A stretch of 44,952 bases of DNA, from assembly GCA_016199935.1 (NCBI GenBank), contig JACQFS010000005.1:1-44952 (forward strand). The letters are read 5' to 3'. This DNA comes from Verrucomicrobiota bacterium. Lineage in GTDB: Bacteria > Verrucomicrobiota > Verrucomicrobiia > Limisphaerales > JACQFS01. Made by a program: the position numbers and the translations under genes. The notes under the pieces are model-generated. The model was not told the origin of the DNA and did no database searches. It was given only the letters and a program-made list of their open reading frames with translations. Below, piece after piece: positions 26,690 through 36,288 of the stretch. The first letter of the stretch is position 1. Each line of letters begins with the position of its first letter.

Positions 26690-27822
26690 GCGCCGAAGAT
26701 TCGACCATCCATCGCGGCCTCGAAGGCGTGGTCGTGGACACCACGCGCATATCGAAGGTGATGCCAGAAATCAACGCGCTGGTTTATCACGGCTACCCGG
26801 TCCAGGAACTTGCCGAGCAATGCAGCTTCGAGGAGGTTGCGTGGCTCATCTGGCACGGGGAGTTGCCGAATGCGAAGCAACTCGCGGAGTTCACCGCCGC
26901 CGAACGCAGCCAGCGCGGCATGAGCGCCAGCTTGCTCGACGTGATGCGCAAGTTTCCCCGCGCCGCGCATCCGATGGACGCGCTGCGCACGGCAGTGAGT
27001 TTTCTGGGCATGGAGGACCGCGAGCCGGAAAAGGAAGACGCAACCACCAACCTGCGCCGCTCGGTGGCGTTGCTGGCGAAGATTCCCACGATGATGGGCG
27101 CGTTCTACCGATTTCGCCAGGGGCAGGAGTTCATCGCACCGCGCGCGGACCTCAGCATTGCGGGGAATTTTTTCCACGTCTGCTTTGGCAAGGTGCCGGC
27201 GCCGGAGGTGGTGAAGGCGTTCGACGTGTCGCTGGTGCTGTATGCGGAGCATGGGTTCAACGCCTCCACGTTCACGACGCGCGTCGTGGTGTCGAGCCTG
27301 TCGGACATTTACAGCGGCGTGACGGCGGGCATCGCGTCGCTCAAGGGGCCGTTGCACGGCGGCGCGAACGAGGCGGTGATGAAGATGCTGCTCGAAATCG
27401 GCGAGCCGGCGCGCGCGCGCGAGTGGATGCTCACGGCCCTGCGCGAGAAACGCAAGGTGATGGGCTTCGGCCACCGTGTTTACAAGCACGGCGATTCCCG
27501 CGTGCCGACGATGAAGAAATACGCACGCAAAATGGCCGAGTTCACCGGCCAGACGAAGTGGCTCGACATCGCGGACATCCTCGAAGCGACGATGCAGGAG
27601 CAGAAGGGCATCTGCCCGAACCTCGATTTCCCCAGCGGCCCGGCCTACTACATGATGGGCGTGGCGATTGATTTCTACACGCCGATCTTCGTCATGGCGC
27701 GCATCACCGGCTGGACGGCGCACATCATGGAGCAACTGGCGGACAACCGGCTCATCCGGCCGCTGTCGCAATACATCGGGCACGGAGAAAGGCGCGTGGT
27801 GCCGGTGAGCGGGCGCAGTTGA
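26686..27822 (+). CDS. prpC: 2-methylcitrate synthase / citrate synthase family.
   Basis: Citrate-synthase pattern (GPLHGGANE, GFGHRVYK). Confidence 0.9.
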   Translation: MSAEDSTIHRGLEGVVVDTTRISKVMPEINALVYHGYPVQELAEQCSFEEVAWLIWHGELPNAKQLAEFTAAERSQRGMSASLLDVMRKFPRAAHPMDALRTAVSFLGMEDREPEKEDATTNLRRSVALLAKIPTMMGAFYRFRQGQEFIAPRADLSIAGNFFHVCFGKVPAPEVVKAFDVSLVLYAEHGFNASTFTTRVVVSSLSDIYSGVTAGIASLKGPLHGGANEAVMKMLLEIGEPARAREWMLTALREKRKVMGFGHRVYKHGDSRVPTMKKYARKMAEFTGQTKWLDIADILEATMQEQKGICPNLDFPSGPAYYMMGVAIDFYTPIFVMARITGWTAHIMEQLADNRLIRPLSQYIGHGERRVVPVSGRS

Positions 27823-27886
27823 ATCAGCATTATGAAACGAGACCTCATCGCTGACCAACTCGGAGACGACGAAGATTGCGGTGCCG

Positions 27887-29290
27887 ATGGAGAAACGCAA
27901 GTGGCGGATGGGCAGCATCGCGGCGTTGTGGATTTCGATGTCGGCGTGCATACCGACTTATATGCTCGCGTCGTCGCTCATCGGCGGCGGGATGAACTGG
28001 TGGCAGGCCATCCTCACCATCTTCCTCGGCAACGCCATCGTGGTCATCCCGATGATACTCAATGCGCACGCGGGCACGGCTTACGGCATTCCGTTTCCCG
28101 TGTTCTGCCGCGCATCGTTCGGCACGCGGGTCGCGAACATTCCGGCGTTGCTGCGCGCGTTCGTGGCGTGCGGCTGGTTCGGCATCCAGACGTGGATCGG
28201 CGGCAACGCCATCTACAAAATCCTCGCGGTATTTTTTCCGTCGCTGGCCGCGCCCGGTGCCGCGACGTTTCTCGGCATCACGTTTCCGCAGTTCATCTGC
28301 TTCCTGTTCTTCTGGGGCATCAACATGGCGGTGGTTTACAAGGGCATTGATTGCATCCGCTGGCTGCTGAACCTCAAGGCGCCGCTGCTCATCGCGCTCG
28401 GACTGCTGCTGCTGTGGTGGGCGTATCGCAATGCGGGCGGCTTCGGGCCGATTCTCTCGCAACCGTCGGCGTTCGATCCGGGGCAGCCGAAGGCGGGGCA
28501 GTTCTGGAGCTTCTTCCTGCCCGGGCTGACCGGGATGATCGGCTTCTGGGCCACGCTCTCGCTGAACATCCCCGACTTCTCGCGCTACGCGGTCTCGCAG
28601 CGTGATCAGATTGTCGGCCAAGCATTAGGTTTGCCGCTGACGATGGCGCTCTACGCGTTCATCGGCGTCGCCGTCACGTCCGCGACGACGATCATCTACG
28701 GGCAGACCATCTGGGATCCGGTGGATGTGCTCACGCGCTTCACCAACCCCGTGCTGCTCGTGGTGGCAATGCTCGCGCTGTGCATCGCCACGCTCGCGAC
28801 GAACATCGCGGCGAACGTCGTCAGTCCGGCGAATGATTTCTCGAATCTCGCTCCGCAAAAAATCTCCTTCCGTCTCGGCGGACTCATCACCGGCATCGTC
28901 GGCATCGTGATGATGCCGTGGAAACTCGTCGCCGATCCGAGCGGCTACATTTTCACCTGGCTCATCGGCTACAGCGCGCTGCTCGGGCCGATTGGCGGCA
29001 TCATGATCGCGGACTACTTCGTGTGGCGCCGGCGCAAGCTGAACGTCGCCGCGCTCTACTCGCCCGATGGCGAATACACCTACAGCGGCGGCTTCAGTTG
29101 GGCCGCCATCATCGCGCTGCTCGCGGGCGCGCTGCCGAGCCTGCCGGGTTTCCTCGCGAACGTGAAACTCCTCGACCCGGCGTCGGTTCCGCCCATGCTG
29201 CTGGGCGTTTACAGCTACGCGTGGTTCGCCGGCTTCGCGATTGCGTTCGTTGTTTATCTTGCCCTGAGAAAAATTGCGCCGGACCGATGA
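27887..29290 (+). CDS. NCS1-family nucleobase:cation symporter (uracil/hydantoin/allantoin permease-like).
   Basis: 12-transmembrane NCS1 pattern. GTG 27881 is an alternative start. Confidence 0.85.
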   Translation: MEKRKWRMGSIAALWISMSACIPTYMLASSLIGGGMNWWQAILTIFLGNAIVVIPMILNAHAGTAYGIPFPVFCRASFGTRVANIPALLRAFVACGWFGIQTWIGGNAIYKILAVFFPSLAAPGAATFLGITFPQFICFLFFWGINMAVVYKGIDCIRWLLNLKAPLLIALGLLLLWWAYRNAGGFGPILSQPSAFDPGQPKAGQFWSFFLPGLTGMIGFWATLSLNIPDFSRYAVSQRDQIVGQALGLPLTMALYAFIGVAVTSATTIIYGQTIWDPVDVLTRFTNPVLLVVAMLALCIATLATNIAANVVSPANDFSNLAPQKISFRLGGLITGIVGIVMMPWKLVADPSGYIFTWLIGYSALLGPIGGIMIADYFVWRRRKLNVAALYSPDGEYTYSGGFSWAAIIALLAGALPSLPGFLANVKLLDPASVPPMLLGVYSYAWFAGFAIAFVVYLALRKIAPDR

Positions 29291-29309
29291 ACTGCGGTAA
29301 AAACTTTCC

Positions 29310-30650
29310 ATGAAAACGCCCACGCTTCCGCCCTGCACCCACACGCCCAAGCCCTACACCGGCCCGTCCGCCGACGAAGTGCTCGCGGTGCGCAAGCAGT
29401 TCCTCAACCCCGCCATCTTCCACTACTACAAGAAGCCGATCATGATCGTGGAGGGCAAGGGCCAGTGGCTGTTCGACGAGAAGGGCCGACGCTACCTCGA
29501 CGGCTTCGGCGGCATCGTGACGGTGAGCGTGGGGCACTGCCATCCGCACGTCGTCGCGGCGGCGAATGCGCAGAATGAAATCATCCAGCACACGACGACG
29601 ATTTATCTGCACCCGAACATCGCGCTCTACGCCCGCGACCTCGCGGCGAAAATGCCGGGCGAATTGAAGGTCGTCTATTTCACCAACTCCGGCTCGGAGG
29701 CGAACGACCTCGCGCTGCTCATGGCGCGCGCTTGCACGGGCAACTACGACCTCATCGCGTTGCGCAACGGCTACCACGGCGGCAGTCAGTCCACGATGGG
29801 CCTCACGTCGCACAGCACGTGGAAGTTCAATGTGCCGCACAGCTTCGGCGTGCAGCACGCGATGATGCCCGACACGTATCGCGGCATTTACGGCAAGGAT
29901 GATCCCGAGGCGGGCCGCAAATACGCCGATGACGTGAAGAGCCTCATCCAGTTCGGATCGTCCGGTCAGATCGCCGGCTTCATCGCGGAGAGCATCCAGG
30001 GCGTCGGCGGCTCAGTCGTCTTCCCCGATGGCTACCTCAAGCGCGCATACGAACATGTCCGCGCCGCCGGCGGCGTGTGCATCGCGGATGAAGTGCAAGC
30101 CGGCTTCGGGCGCACCGGCACGCACTTCTGGGGCTTCGAGACGCAGGGCGTGATTCCCGACATCGTCACGATGGCCAAGGGCATCGGCAACGGCTGCCCG
30201 CTCGGCGCCGTCGTCACCACGCCGCAGATTGCGAAGGCGCTCGCCTCGCGCATTCACTTCAACACCTTCGGCGGCAACCCGGTCGTCTGCGCGCAGGGCC
30301 GCGCGGTGCTGGAGGTCATCGAGCGCGAGAAGTTGCAGGCGAACTCGCTCAAGATTGGCAACTACCTCAAAGCCGGTTTCAACAAGCTCGCGGAGAAACA
30401 TTCGCTCATCGGCGAAGTGCGCGGCCTCGGCCTCATGCTGGGCGTGGAGTTGGTGAAGGACCGCAAGACGAAGGAACCCGCGAAGGACGAGTGCGCGTTC
30501 GTCTTTGAAAGCGCGCGCGACTTGGGCCTGCTCATCGGCAAGGGCGGACTCTTTGGCAACACCCTCCGTATCAAGCCACCGATGTGCATCACGCAGGCCG
30601 ATGCCGATTTCATGCTCGAAGTGTTGGACGCGGCGCTGACGGCCGTCTGA
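29310..30650 (+). CDS. Class-III aminotransferase, AGXT2-like (beta-alanine / 3-aminoisobutyrate:pyruvate transaminase).
   Basis: PLP-lysine region [12 protein letters not shown] and an AGXT2-like N-terminus. Confidence 0.9.
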   Translation: MKTPTLPPCTHTPKPYTGPSADEVLAVRKQFLNPAIFHYYKKPIMIVEGKGQWLFDEKGRRYLDGFGGIVTVSVGHCHPHVVAAANAQNEIIQHTTTIYLHPNIALYARDLAAKMPGELKVVYFTNSGSEANDLALLMARACTGNYDLIALRNGYHGGSQSTMGLTSHSTWKFNVPHSFGVQHAMMPDTYRGIYGKDDPEAGRKYADDVKSLIQFGSSGQIAGFIAESIQGVGGSVVFPDGYLKRAYEHVRAAGGVCIADEVQAGFGRTGTHFWGFETQGVIPDIVTMAKGIGNGCPLGAVVTTPQIAKALASRIHFNTFGGNPVVCAQGRAVLEVIEREKLQANSLKIGNYLKAGFNKLAEKHSLIGEVRGLGLMLGVELVKDRKTKEPAKDECAFVFESARDLGLLIGKGGLFGNTLRIKPPMCITQADADFMLEVLDAALTAV

Positions 30651-30654
30651 GCGG

Positions 30655-30722
30655 AGCGGCGACACTCTTGTCGCCGTCGCCATCTAATTTGGATTCAGAA
30701 GGCGACAAGAATGTCGCCGCTC
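30655..30722. repeat. Palindromic element pair, copy 2: GGCGACACTCTTGTCGCC (30658-30675) and GGCGACAAGAATGTCGCC (30701-30718).
   Basis: Same 18-mer as at 1109, and the same ...GTCGCCGCTCCT 3' flank. It lies between convergent stop codons at 30650 and 30725. Confidence 0.7.
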
Positions 30723-30724
30723 CT

Positions 30725-32128
30725 TTACGAAATCACGCCCATCACCGGATTCCCCTCCGCGAGGAGGATGGGTCGGTTCTGCGTGTTCACCACTTCCGTG
30801 TGCGGGTCAATGCCGAGCAGGTGATACATCGTCGCCGCCAGATCGTCGGGGCGCACGGGGTCCTTCGCGGGATACATCGCGTGCTTGTCCGACTCGCCGT
30901 GGACATGGCCGCGCTTCACGCCGCCGCCCGCGAGCAACGTCGTGTAGCATTGCGGCCAGTGATCGCGGCTGATGTTCGCGTTGATCTTCGGCGTGCGGCC
31001 GAACTCGCCCATCCACACCACCAGCGTGTCCTTCAGCAGCCCGCGCTCGTCCATGTCGTTGAGCAGCGTCGGCAGCGTCTGCTCCGTGATGGGCAGGTGA
31101 TACTTCTCGATGATCGGGAACATGCGCGTGTTGTCGAAGCCGTGCGTGTCCCAGCCGCCGCTCGTCGAACTGCGCCCGCCGATGTTGTTGGAGAAATACA
31201 CGCTCACGAACTTCACCCCCGACTCGATCAACCGCCGCGCCAACAGACAGCTCTGCCCATAAGTCGAGCGCCCGTAGGCCTCGCGCACCTTCGCCGGCTC
31301 TTCCGAAAGGTTGAACGCCTTGCGCAGCTTCTCCGAGTGCAGCATTGCCAGCGCCTTGTCGTAGTAACTGTCCATCCCGCGCGCCTCCGACGAGAAGTCC
31401 AGCAGCCGCGACTGCTGATCAATCAGCTTCTGCAACTCCCGCCGCGCGCTGATGCGCTCATAGCTCAGGTTCCCCGGCAGGCTCAGCTCCGGCAGCGCGA
31501 AGTCCGCCGCGTTCGGGTCCTGCGTGAAGAGAAACGGATCGTGCGCCTTGCCGAGAAAGCTCGCGTGCTGACCCGGCGTGATCGAGCCGTCCGACACCAC
31601 GTGCGGGAACGCCACGAAGCCCGGCAGCTCCGCCGGCCCCGGCGCGAAGCGGTCCACCACCGAGCCGTAGGCGGGGAACAGATCCACCGAATCGCGCAGC
31701 CGCTGGTCATCCGTCAACGGCGCGTGCCCGCTCAGCGCGTAATAGCCCGCCGAGTTGTGATTCTTCATCGTGTGCGTCATCGAGCGGATGAGCGTCACCT
31801 TGTCCATGATCTTCGCCGTGAGCGGGAGCTTCTCCGACACCTGGATGCCGTCCGCGCTGCTGCTGATCGGCGCGTGCAGGCTGCGGATGCCCTCGGGCGC
31901 ATCCGGCTTCAGGTCGAACATGTCAATGTGCGACGGCCCGCCCCACTGGAAGAGGAACAGCACCGACTTGGCCTTCGCCTTGATGCCCTTCGCCTTGCTG
32001 GCGGCCTCGGCGGCGAGGAGCTTGGGCAACGTGAGGCCGAGCAGGCCCAGCCCGCCCACCTTGAGCGCGCACCGCCGCGAGAACTTCGCGTGATTGAAGC
32101 CGGCGCAGGCAAAGGACTTGGTGCTCAT
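30725..32128 (-). CDS. DUF1501-domain protein with a Tat-like signal (sulfatase-like fold).
   Basis: RRxALKxG twin-arginine motif plus the DUF1501 pattern (WGGPSHIDMFDLKPDAP...). Confidence 0.85.
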   Translation of the reverse strand: MSTKSFACAGFNHAKFSRRCALKVGGLGLLGLTLPKLLAAEAASKAKGIKAKAKSVLFLFQWGGPSHIDMFDLKPDAPEGIRSLHAPISSSADGIQVSEKLPLTAKIMDKVTLIRSMTHTMKNHNSAGYYALSGHAPLTDDQRLRDSVDLFPAYGSVVDRFAPGPAELPGFVAFPHVVSDGSITPGQHASFLGKAHDPFLFTQDPNAADFALPELSLPGNLSYERISARRELQKLIDQQSRLLDFSSEARGMDSYYDKALAMLHSEKLRKAFNLSEEPAKVREAYGRSTYGQSCLLARRLIESGVKFVSVYFSNNIGGRSSTSGGWDTHGFDNTRMFPIIEKYHLPITEQTLPTLLNDMDERGLLKDTLVVWMGEFGRTPKINANISRDHWPQCYTTLLAGGGVKRGHVHGESDKHAMYPAKDPVRPDDLAATMYHLLGIDPHTEVVNTQNRPILLAEGNPVMGVIS

Positions 32129-32231
32129 GTCGGGAAGAGTGGACGCAAACGCGAACGAAGTCCATCAATGGGCGAGGCGGGAGGAACTCCGCGTGTCGCC
32201 AGCCCGCGGTCAACGTGTCGAGGATCAACAG

Positions 32232-32603
32232 TTAGGCCGCTTGTCTGTCTTTGCCTTCATGCCTACTGAATCGTAGGAGCAATGCAACAGCCACGGGCGT
32301 AGCCACCCAAAAGACAAGAACACCGACCGCAACGGGCGCTGAAAATGGGAACGATAAACGCAGAGGCCCGCAAAAGAACTCCGTCTCGTAAGCGACACGC
32401 TGAATGCTGTGGTCAACTTGCTTGGTGGCCTCTGACTCGAATGCTCCATACCTACCACCTACGCCCTTCACATACCAAGAGTGAGTCGCCTGATAAATCC
32501 CTCCTCGCTCTGACACGACAACGTCGCACAAAGAAATAGCCAACCATGGGATGACGAACGCCAAGATGACTAGGAAAACGTTCCGTTTGGTCGAATGCGT
32601 CAT
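32232..32603 (-). CDS. Hypothetical membrane protein (123 aa); AT-richer island beside the MITE-like copy 2.
   Basis: ORF with two or three hydrophobic helices and lower GC. Confidence 0.4.
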   Translation of the reverse strand: MTHSTKRNVFLVILAFVIPWLAISLCDVVVSERGGIYQATHSWYVKGVGGRYGAFESEATKQVDHSIQRVAYETEFFCGPLRLSFPFSAPVAVGVLVFWVATPVAVALLLRFSRHEGKDRQAA

Positions 32604-32766
32604 GGCGTGTGGTGTGGCCTAACATCCGGTTAAGCCGAAGCCGCCAGCAACGGCTTCCGCCTAGTTCGGGGTTGGCTCACGCCGTCAGTCTCCGCTTTCG
32701 GCCCGGGTTGTCAACCGGTTCGCCCCACCGGCCAAGCCAGGGGGCGCATCTTGACATCGTGGGTTC

Positions 32767-32878
32767 GGACCGCGAGCCGTCCCGGCGCGCAGCGGCTCCG
32801 CAGCAAGGAAGCGTCCGTTCAGTCCAAACGCCAGTCGACACTCGTGGCCGCTGCGAGCCGGGACGGCTCGCGGTCCGG
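32767..32878. repeat. MITE-like structured repeat, copy 2 (112 bp).
   Basis: GGACCGCGAGCCGTCCCGGCGCGCAGCGGC (32767-32796), then a core, then GCCGCTGCGAGCCGGGACGGCTCGCGGTCCGG (32847-32878). Nearly identical terminal inverted repeats to copy 1 at 14740. Confidence 0.65.
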
Positions 32879-33167
32879 TCTTCGGGCGTCCCGCCGCTTT
32901 ACCCACGATTAAAAGATGCGCCCCAAGCCAGGCGCCCGCCTCGCGCAAGACGACCGAAGCGACCCCTCTCCCCTTGCTTCGCAAAGGGAGACGGAGTCCG
33001 CATTCGCCATCGCTTCGTGCTGCCGGAGCAGCGATGCGCCCGGGAGACCCGACGGCGGGCCGATGATTTTACATGGCGCGGGCGACATTCTTGCATGGCG
33101 GTTCCGCGCGACGACGACTAGCTTGGCCCTCGAACAATGCCACGCCGTGAACGTCAGTCTCTTTGTC

Positions 33168-36100
33168 ATGCTTGAACGTGTCCGCATCCTCATCGGTGGA
33201 GTCGTCGGAACCGCGCTGTTGCTCGCCGCCGGCCCGGCGCGCGCGGCCGTGCCGAGTGACCGCGTGGATTTCAACCGGCACATTCGCCCGATCCTTTCGG
33301 ACAACTGCTTCGCCTGCCACGGCCCCGACGTGAAGCAGCGCAAGGCCGACCTGCGGCTCGACACGAAGGACGGCATCTTCGCGGACCTCGGCGGTTACGC
33401 GGCGGTGCGGCCGAAGGATTTCAAGAAGAGCGAGCTGTGGCGCCGCATCACCACGAAGGACAAGGACGATGTGATGCCGCCGCCGGACAGCCACAAGACG
33501 CTCAAGCCGGAGCAGGTCGCGGTCATCAAAAGGTGGATCGAACAGGGCGCGCCGTATCAGGAGCACTGGGCCTTCATCGCGCCCAAGAAGCCGGTGGTGC
33601 CGGCCACTCGAAACTCGAAACTCGAAACTCGAAACGCAATTGACGCCTTCATCGGCGCAAAGCTCACGGAGAAAAAACTCACGGGCTCGCGCGAGGCGTC
33701 GAAGGAAGTGCTGATCCGTCGCGTGACTTTCGATCTCACCGGCCTGCCGCCCACGCCTGCGGAGGTGGATGAATTTCTCCGCGACACCAAGACGGACGCC
33801 TACGAGCGGCTCGTGGAGCGGCTGATGAAGCGGCCGAGCTACGGCGAGCACATGGCGCGCTACTGGCTCGACGTGGCGCGTTACGGCGACACGCACGGGC
33901 TGCACCTCGACAACGAGCGCTCGATGTGGCCCTACCGCGACTGGGTCGTGGGCGCGTTCAATCGCAACCTGCCTTACGATCAGTTCACGGTCGAACAACT
34001 CGCGGGCGACCTGTTGCCGAAAGCGACGCGCGACCAGCAGATCGCCTCGGGCTTCAACCGTTGCAACGTCACGACCAGCGAGGGCGGCAGCATCGCGGAG
34101 GAGTTCGTGGTGCGCTACGCCGTGGACCGCACGCAGACGGCGATCGAGGTGTGGATGGGGCTCACGGCGGGTTGTGCGGTGTGTCACGATCACAAGTTCG
34201 ACCCGCTCACGCAGAAGGAATTTTATTCGCTCTACGCGTTCTTCAACTCCGCCGCCGATCCCGCGATGGACGGCAATGCGCTGCTGACCGCGCCCATTTT
34301 GGAACTCACCACGCCGGCGGAGCAGACGAAGCTGGACGACTTCGACAAAAAACTCACCAACGTGCGCCGGCGCATGACGAACGCGCTAGCGAAAGTGAAA
34401 TACGTGGAGCCTGCGACCAACGCGCCGTCGAAGCTCGCCGAGACCGTGTGGGTGGACGACGCGTTCCCGTCCGGCGCGAAGGTGCAGCACAAGGGCAAGG
34501 ACACGACGTGGATCAAGAAGGCCGACGGGCCGGTGTTCAGCGGCGGCCGCGCGCTCAAGCGCACGGCGGACAAGGTGGAGCAGGATTTTTATCAGGACGG
34601 CGCGACGGCGTTCGAGGTGCGGTCGAACGGCGTGCTGTTCGCCTACGTTTATCTCGACCCGACGAATCCGCCGAGCGCCGTGATGCTCCAGTTTCACACG
34701 ACCAACTGGATGAACCGCGCCGTGTGGGGCGACGAGGATGCGATTGCGTTTGGAAAAAAGGGAACGACCAAACGGCTGCGCGTCGGCGACCTGCCTGAGT
34801 CCGGCAAATGGGTCCGACTCGAAGTGGACGCGAAGAAGCTCGGCCTGCGCAAGAGCGCCAAGATCTCCGGCCTCGCCTTCACGCAATTCGGCGGGACGGT
34901 GTATTGGGACAAGGCGGGGCAGGCTTACGAGACGCTGCCGGCCACCGACCCGCTCGAATCGCAGCTCGCGTGGGAGAAGCTGCACCAGGGCAAGCCGGAC
35001 AAGGAATTATCGAAGGAGGTCGCGGATATTTTCCGCTCGGTGCCGCCGAAGGAGCGCAAGCCGGAGCACACACGCGCGCTGCGGCAGTTTTATCTGGAAA
35101 ACGTTTTCAACGGCACGCGCACGGCGATGGACCCGTTGCTCGCGGAGTTGAAACCGATCAAGGAACAGCGCGACGAATTCGACAAAACGATCACCGCCAC
35201 CTTTGTGATGAAGGACATGGAGAAACCGCGCGAGGCGTTCGTGCTCTTCCGCGGCCAATACACCCAGCCGCGCGACAAGGTCACGCGGAACGTCCCCGCC
35301 GTCTTCCCACCGCTCCCGCGCAAGAACGACTACACGCGGCTCGACCTGGCGCAGTGGCTCGTCAGCCCCGAGCATCCGCTCACCGCGCGCGTGGCGGCGA
35401 ATCGTTTCTGGCAGCAGTTCTTCGGCACCGGCCTCGTGAAGACCGCGGCGGACTTCGGCTCCCAGGGCGAACCGCCGTCGCATCCCGAGCTGCTCGACTG
35501 GCTCGCCGTGACGTTCCGCGAATCCGGTTGGGACGTGAAGCAACTCGTGAAGCTCATCGTGACCTCCGCAACTTATCGTCAGGACTCGAAGGCCACGCCG
35601 AAACTGCTCGACGTGGACCCGAACAACCGCCTGCTCGCGCGCGGGCCGCGCTTCCGCTTGGACGCGGAGGAGATTCGCGACAACGCGCTCTTCGTCAGCG
35701 GCCTGCTCGACCCGACGATGGGCGGCAAGGGCGTGCGGCCGTATCAGCCGGAAAATATTTGGGAGCCCGTCGCCTATAGCGGGAGCAACACGAAGGTTTA
35801 CAAGCAGGACTCCGGCAGCGCGCTCTACCGCCGCAGCCTCTACACGTTTCTCAAACGCACCGCGCCGCCGCCGGCCATGACGACCCTCGACGGCCCGAGC
35901 CGCGAACAAAGCTGCACGCGCCGCGAGCGCAGCAACACGCCGCTCCAGGCGCTGATGCTGATGAATGACGTGCAGCACTTCGAGGCCGCGCGCGCTTTCG
36001 CTCAGCGCATGATGACCGAAGGCGGCGGCTCACCGGACGACCGCCTCGCGTGGGCATTCCGCATCGCGACCGCACGCCAGCCGGCGAAGAACGAGGTCGG

Positions 36101-36284
36101 CATTTTGAAACAGGCGCTCGACCGCCAACTCGCGCGCTACCGCCAGAACCCGGACGCCGCGAAGCAGGCGATCGCCTTCGGCGAATCGAAACCCAAGGCC
36201 GGCCTGAATGAGTCCGAGCTCGCGGCCTACACGCTGGTCGCGAATCTCATTTTGAACTTGGATGAGACGCTGACGAAGAACTGA
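33168..36284 (+). CDS. PSCyt2 (DUF1549) + PSD1 (DUF1553) domain protein.
   Basis: Signal peptide, CFACHGPD motif, and HWAF...NAIDAFI DUF1549 signature. Start trimmed from 32916 to ATG 33168 (MLERVRILIGG...). Confidence 0.85.
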   Translation: MLERVRILIGGVVGTALLLAAGPARAAVPSDRVDFNRHIRPILSDNCFACHGPDVKQRKADLRLDTKDGIFADLGGYAAVRPKDFKKSELWRRITTKDKDDVMPPPDSHKTLKPEQVAVIKRWIEQGAPYQEHWAFIAPKKPVVPATRNSKLETRNAIDAFIGAKLTEKKLTGSREASKEVLIRRVTFDLTGLPPTPAEVDEFLRDTKTDAYERLVERLMKRPSYGEHMARYWLDVARYGDTHGLHLDNERSMWPYRDWVVGAFNRNLPYDQFTVEQLAGDLLPKATRDQQIASGFNRCNVTTSEGGSIAEEFVVRYAVDRTQTAIEVWMGLTAGCAVCHDHKFDPLTQKEFYSLYAFFNSAADPAMDGNALLTAPILELTTPAEQTKLDDFDKKLTNVRRRMTNALAKVKYVEPATNAPSKLAETVWVDDAFPSGAKVQHKGKDTTWIKKADGPVFSGGRALKRTADKVEQDFYQDGATAFEVRSNGVLFAYVYLDPTNPPSAVMLQFHTTNWMNRAVWGDEDAIAFGKKGTTKRLRVGDLPESGKWVRLEVDAKKLGLRKSAKISGLAFTQFGGTVYWDKAGQAYETLPATDPLESQLAWEKLHQGKPDKELSKEVADIFRSVPPKERKPEHTRALRQFYLENVFNGTRTAMDPLLAELKPIKEQRDEFDKTITATFVMKDMEKPREAFVLFRGQYTQPRDKVTRNVPAVFPPLPRKNDYTRLDLAQWLVSPEHPLTARVAANRFWQQFFGTGLVKTAADFGSQGEPPSHPELLDWLAVTFRESGWDVKQLVKLIVTSATYRQDSKATPKLLDVDPNNRLLARGPRFRLDAEEIRDNALFVSGLLDPTMGGKGVRPYQPENIWEPVAYSGSNTKVYKQDSGSALYRRSLYTFLKRTAPPPAMTTLDGPSREQSCTRRERSNTPLQALMLMNDVQHFEAARAFAQRMMTEGGGSPDDRLAWAFRIATARQPAKNEVGILKQALDRQLARYRQNPDAAKQAIAFGESKPKAGLNESELAAYTLVANLILNLDETLTKN
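33606..33635 (+). repeat. Perfect tandem heptamer (ACTCGAA x4, plus AC) inside the PSD1 CDS.
   Basis: Read directly as ACTCGAAACTCGAAACTCGAAACTCGAAAC; it encodes TRNSKLETRN. Confidence 0.8.
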
Positions 36285-36288
36285 AAAA

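Noticed and set aside
32604-32766. Target-site duplication for MITE-like copy 2.
   Set aside because: Unlike copy 1, which is flanked by CGCATTT, no convincing direct repeat flanks copy 2. The target-site-duplication interpretation therefore rests on a single copy.
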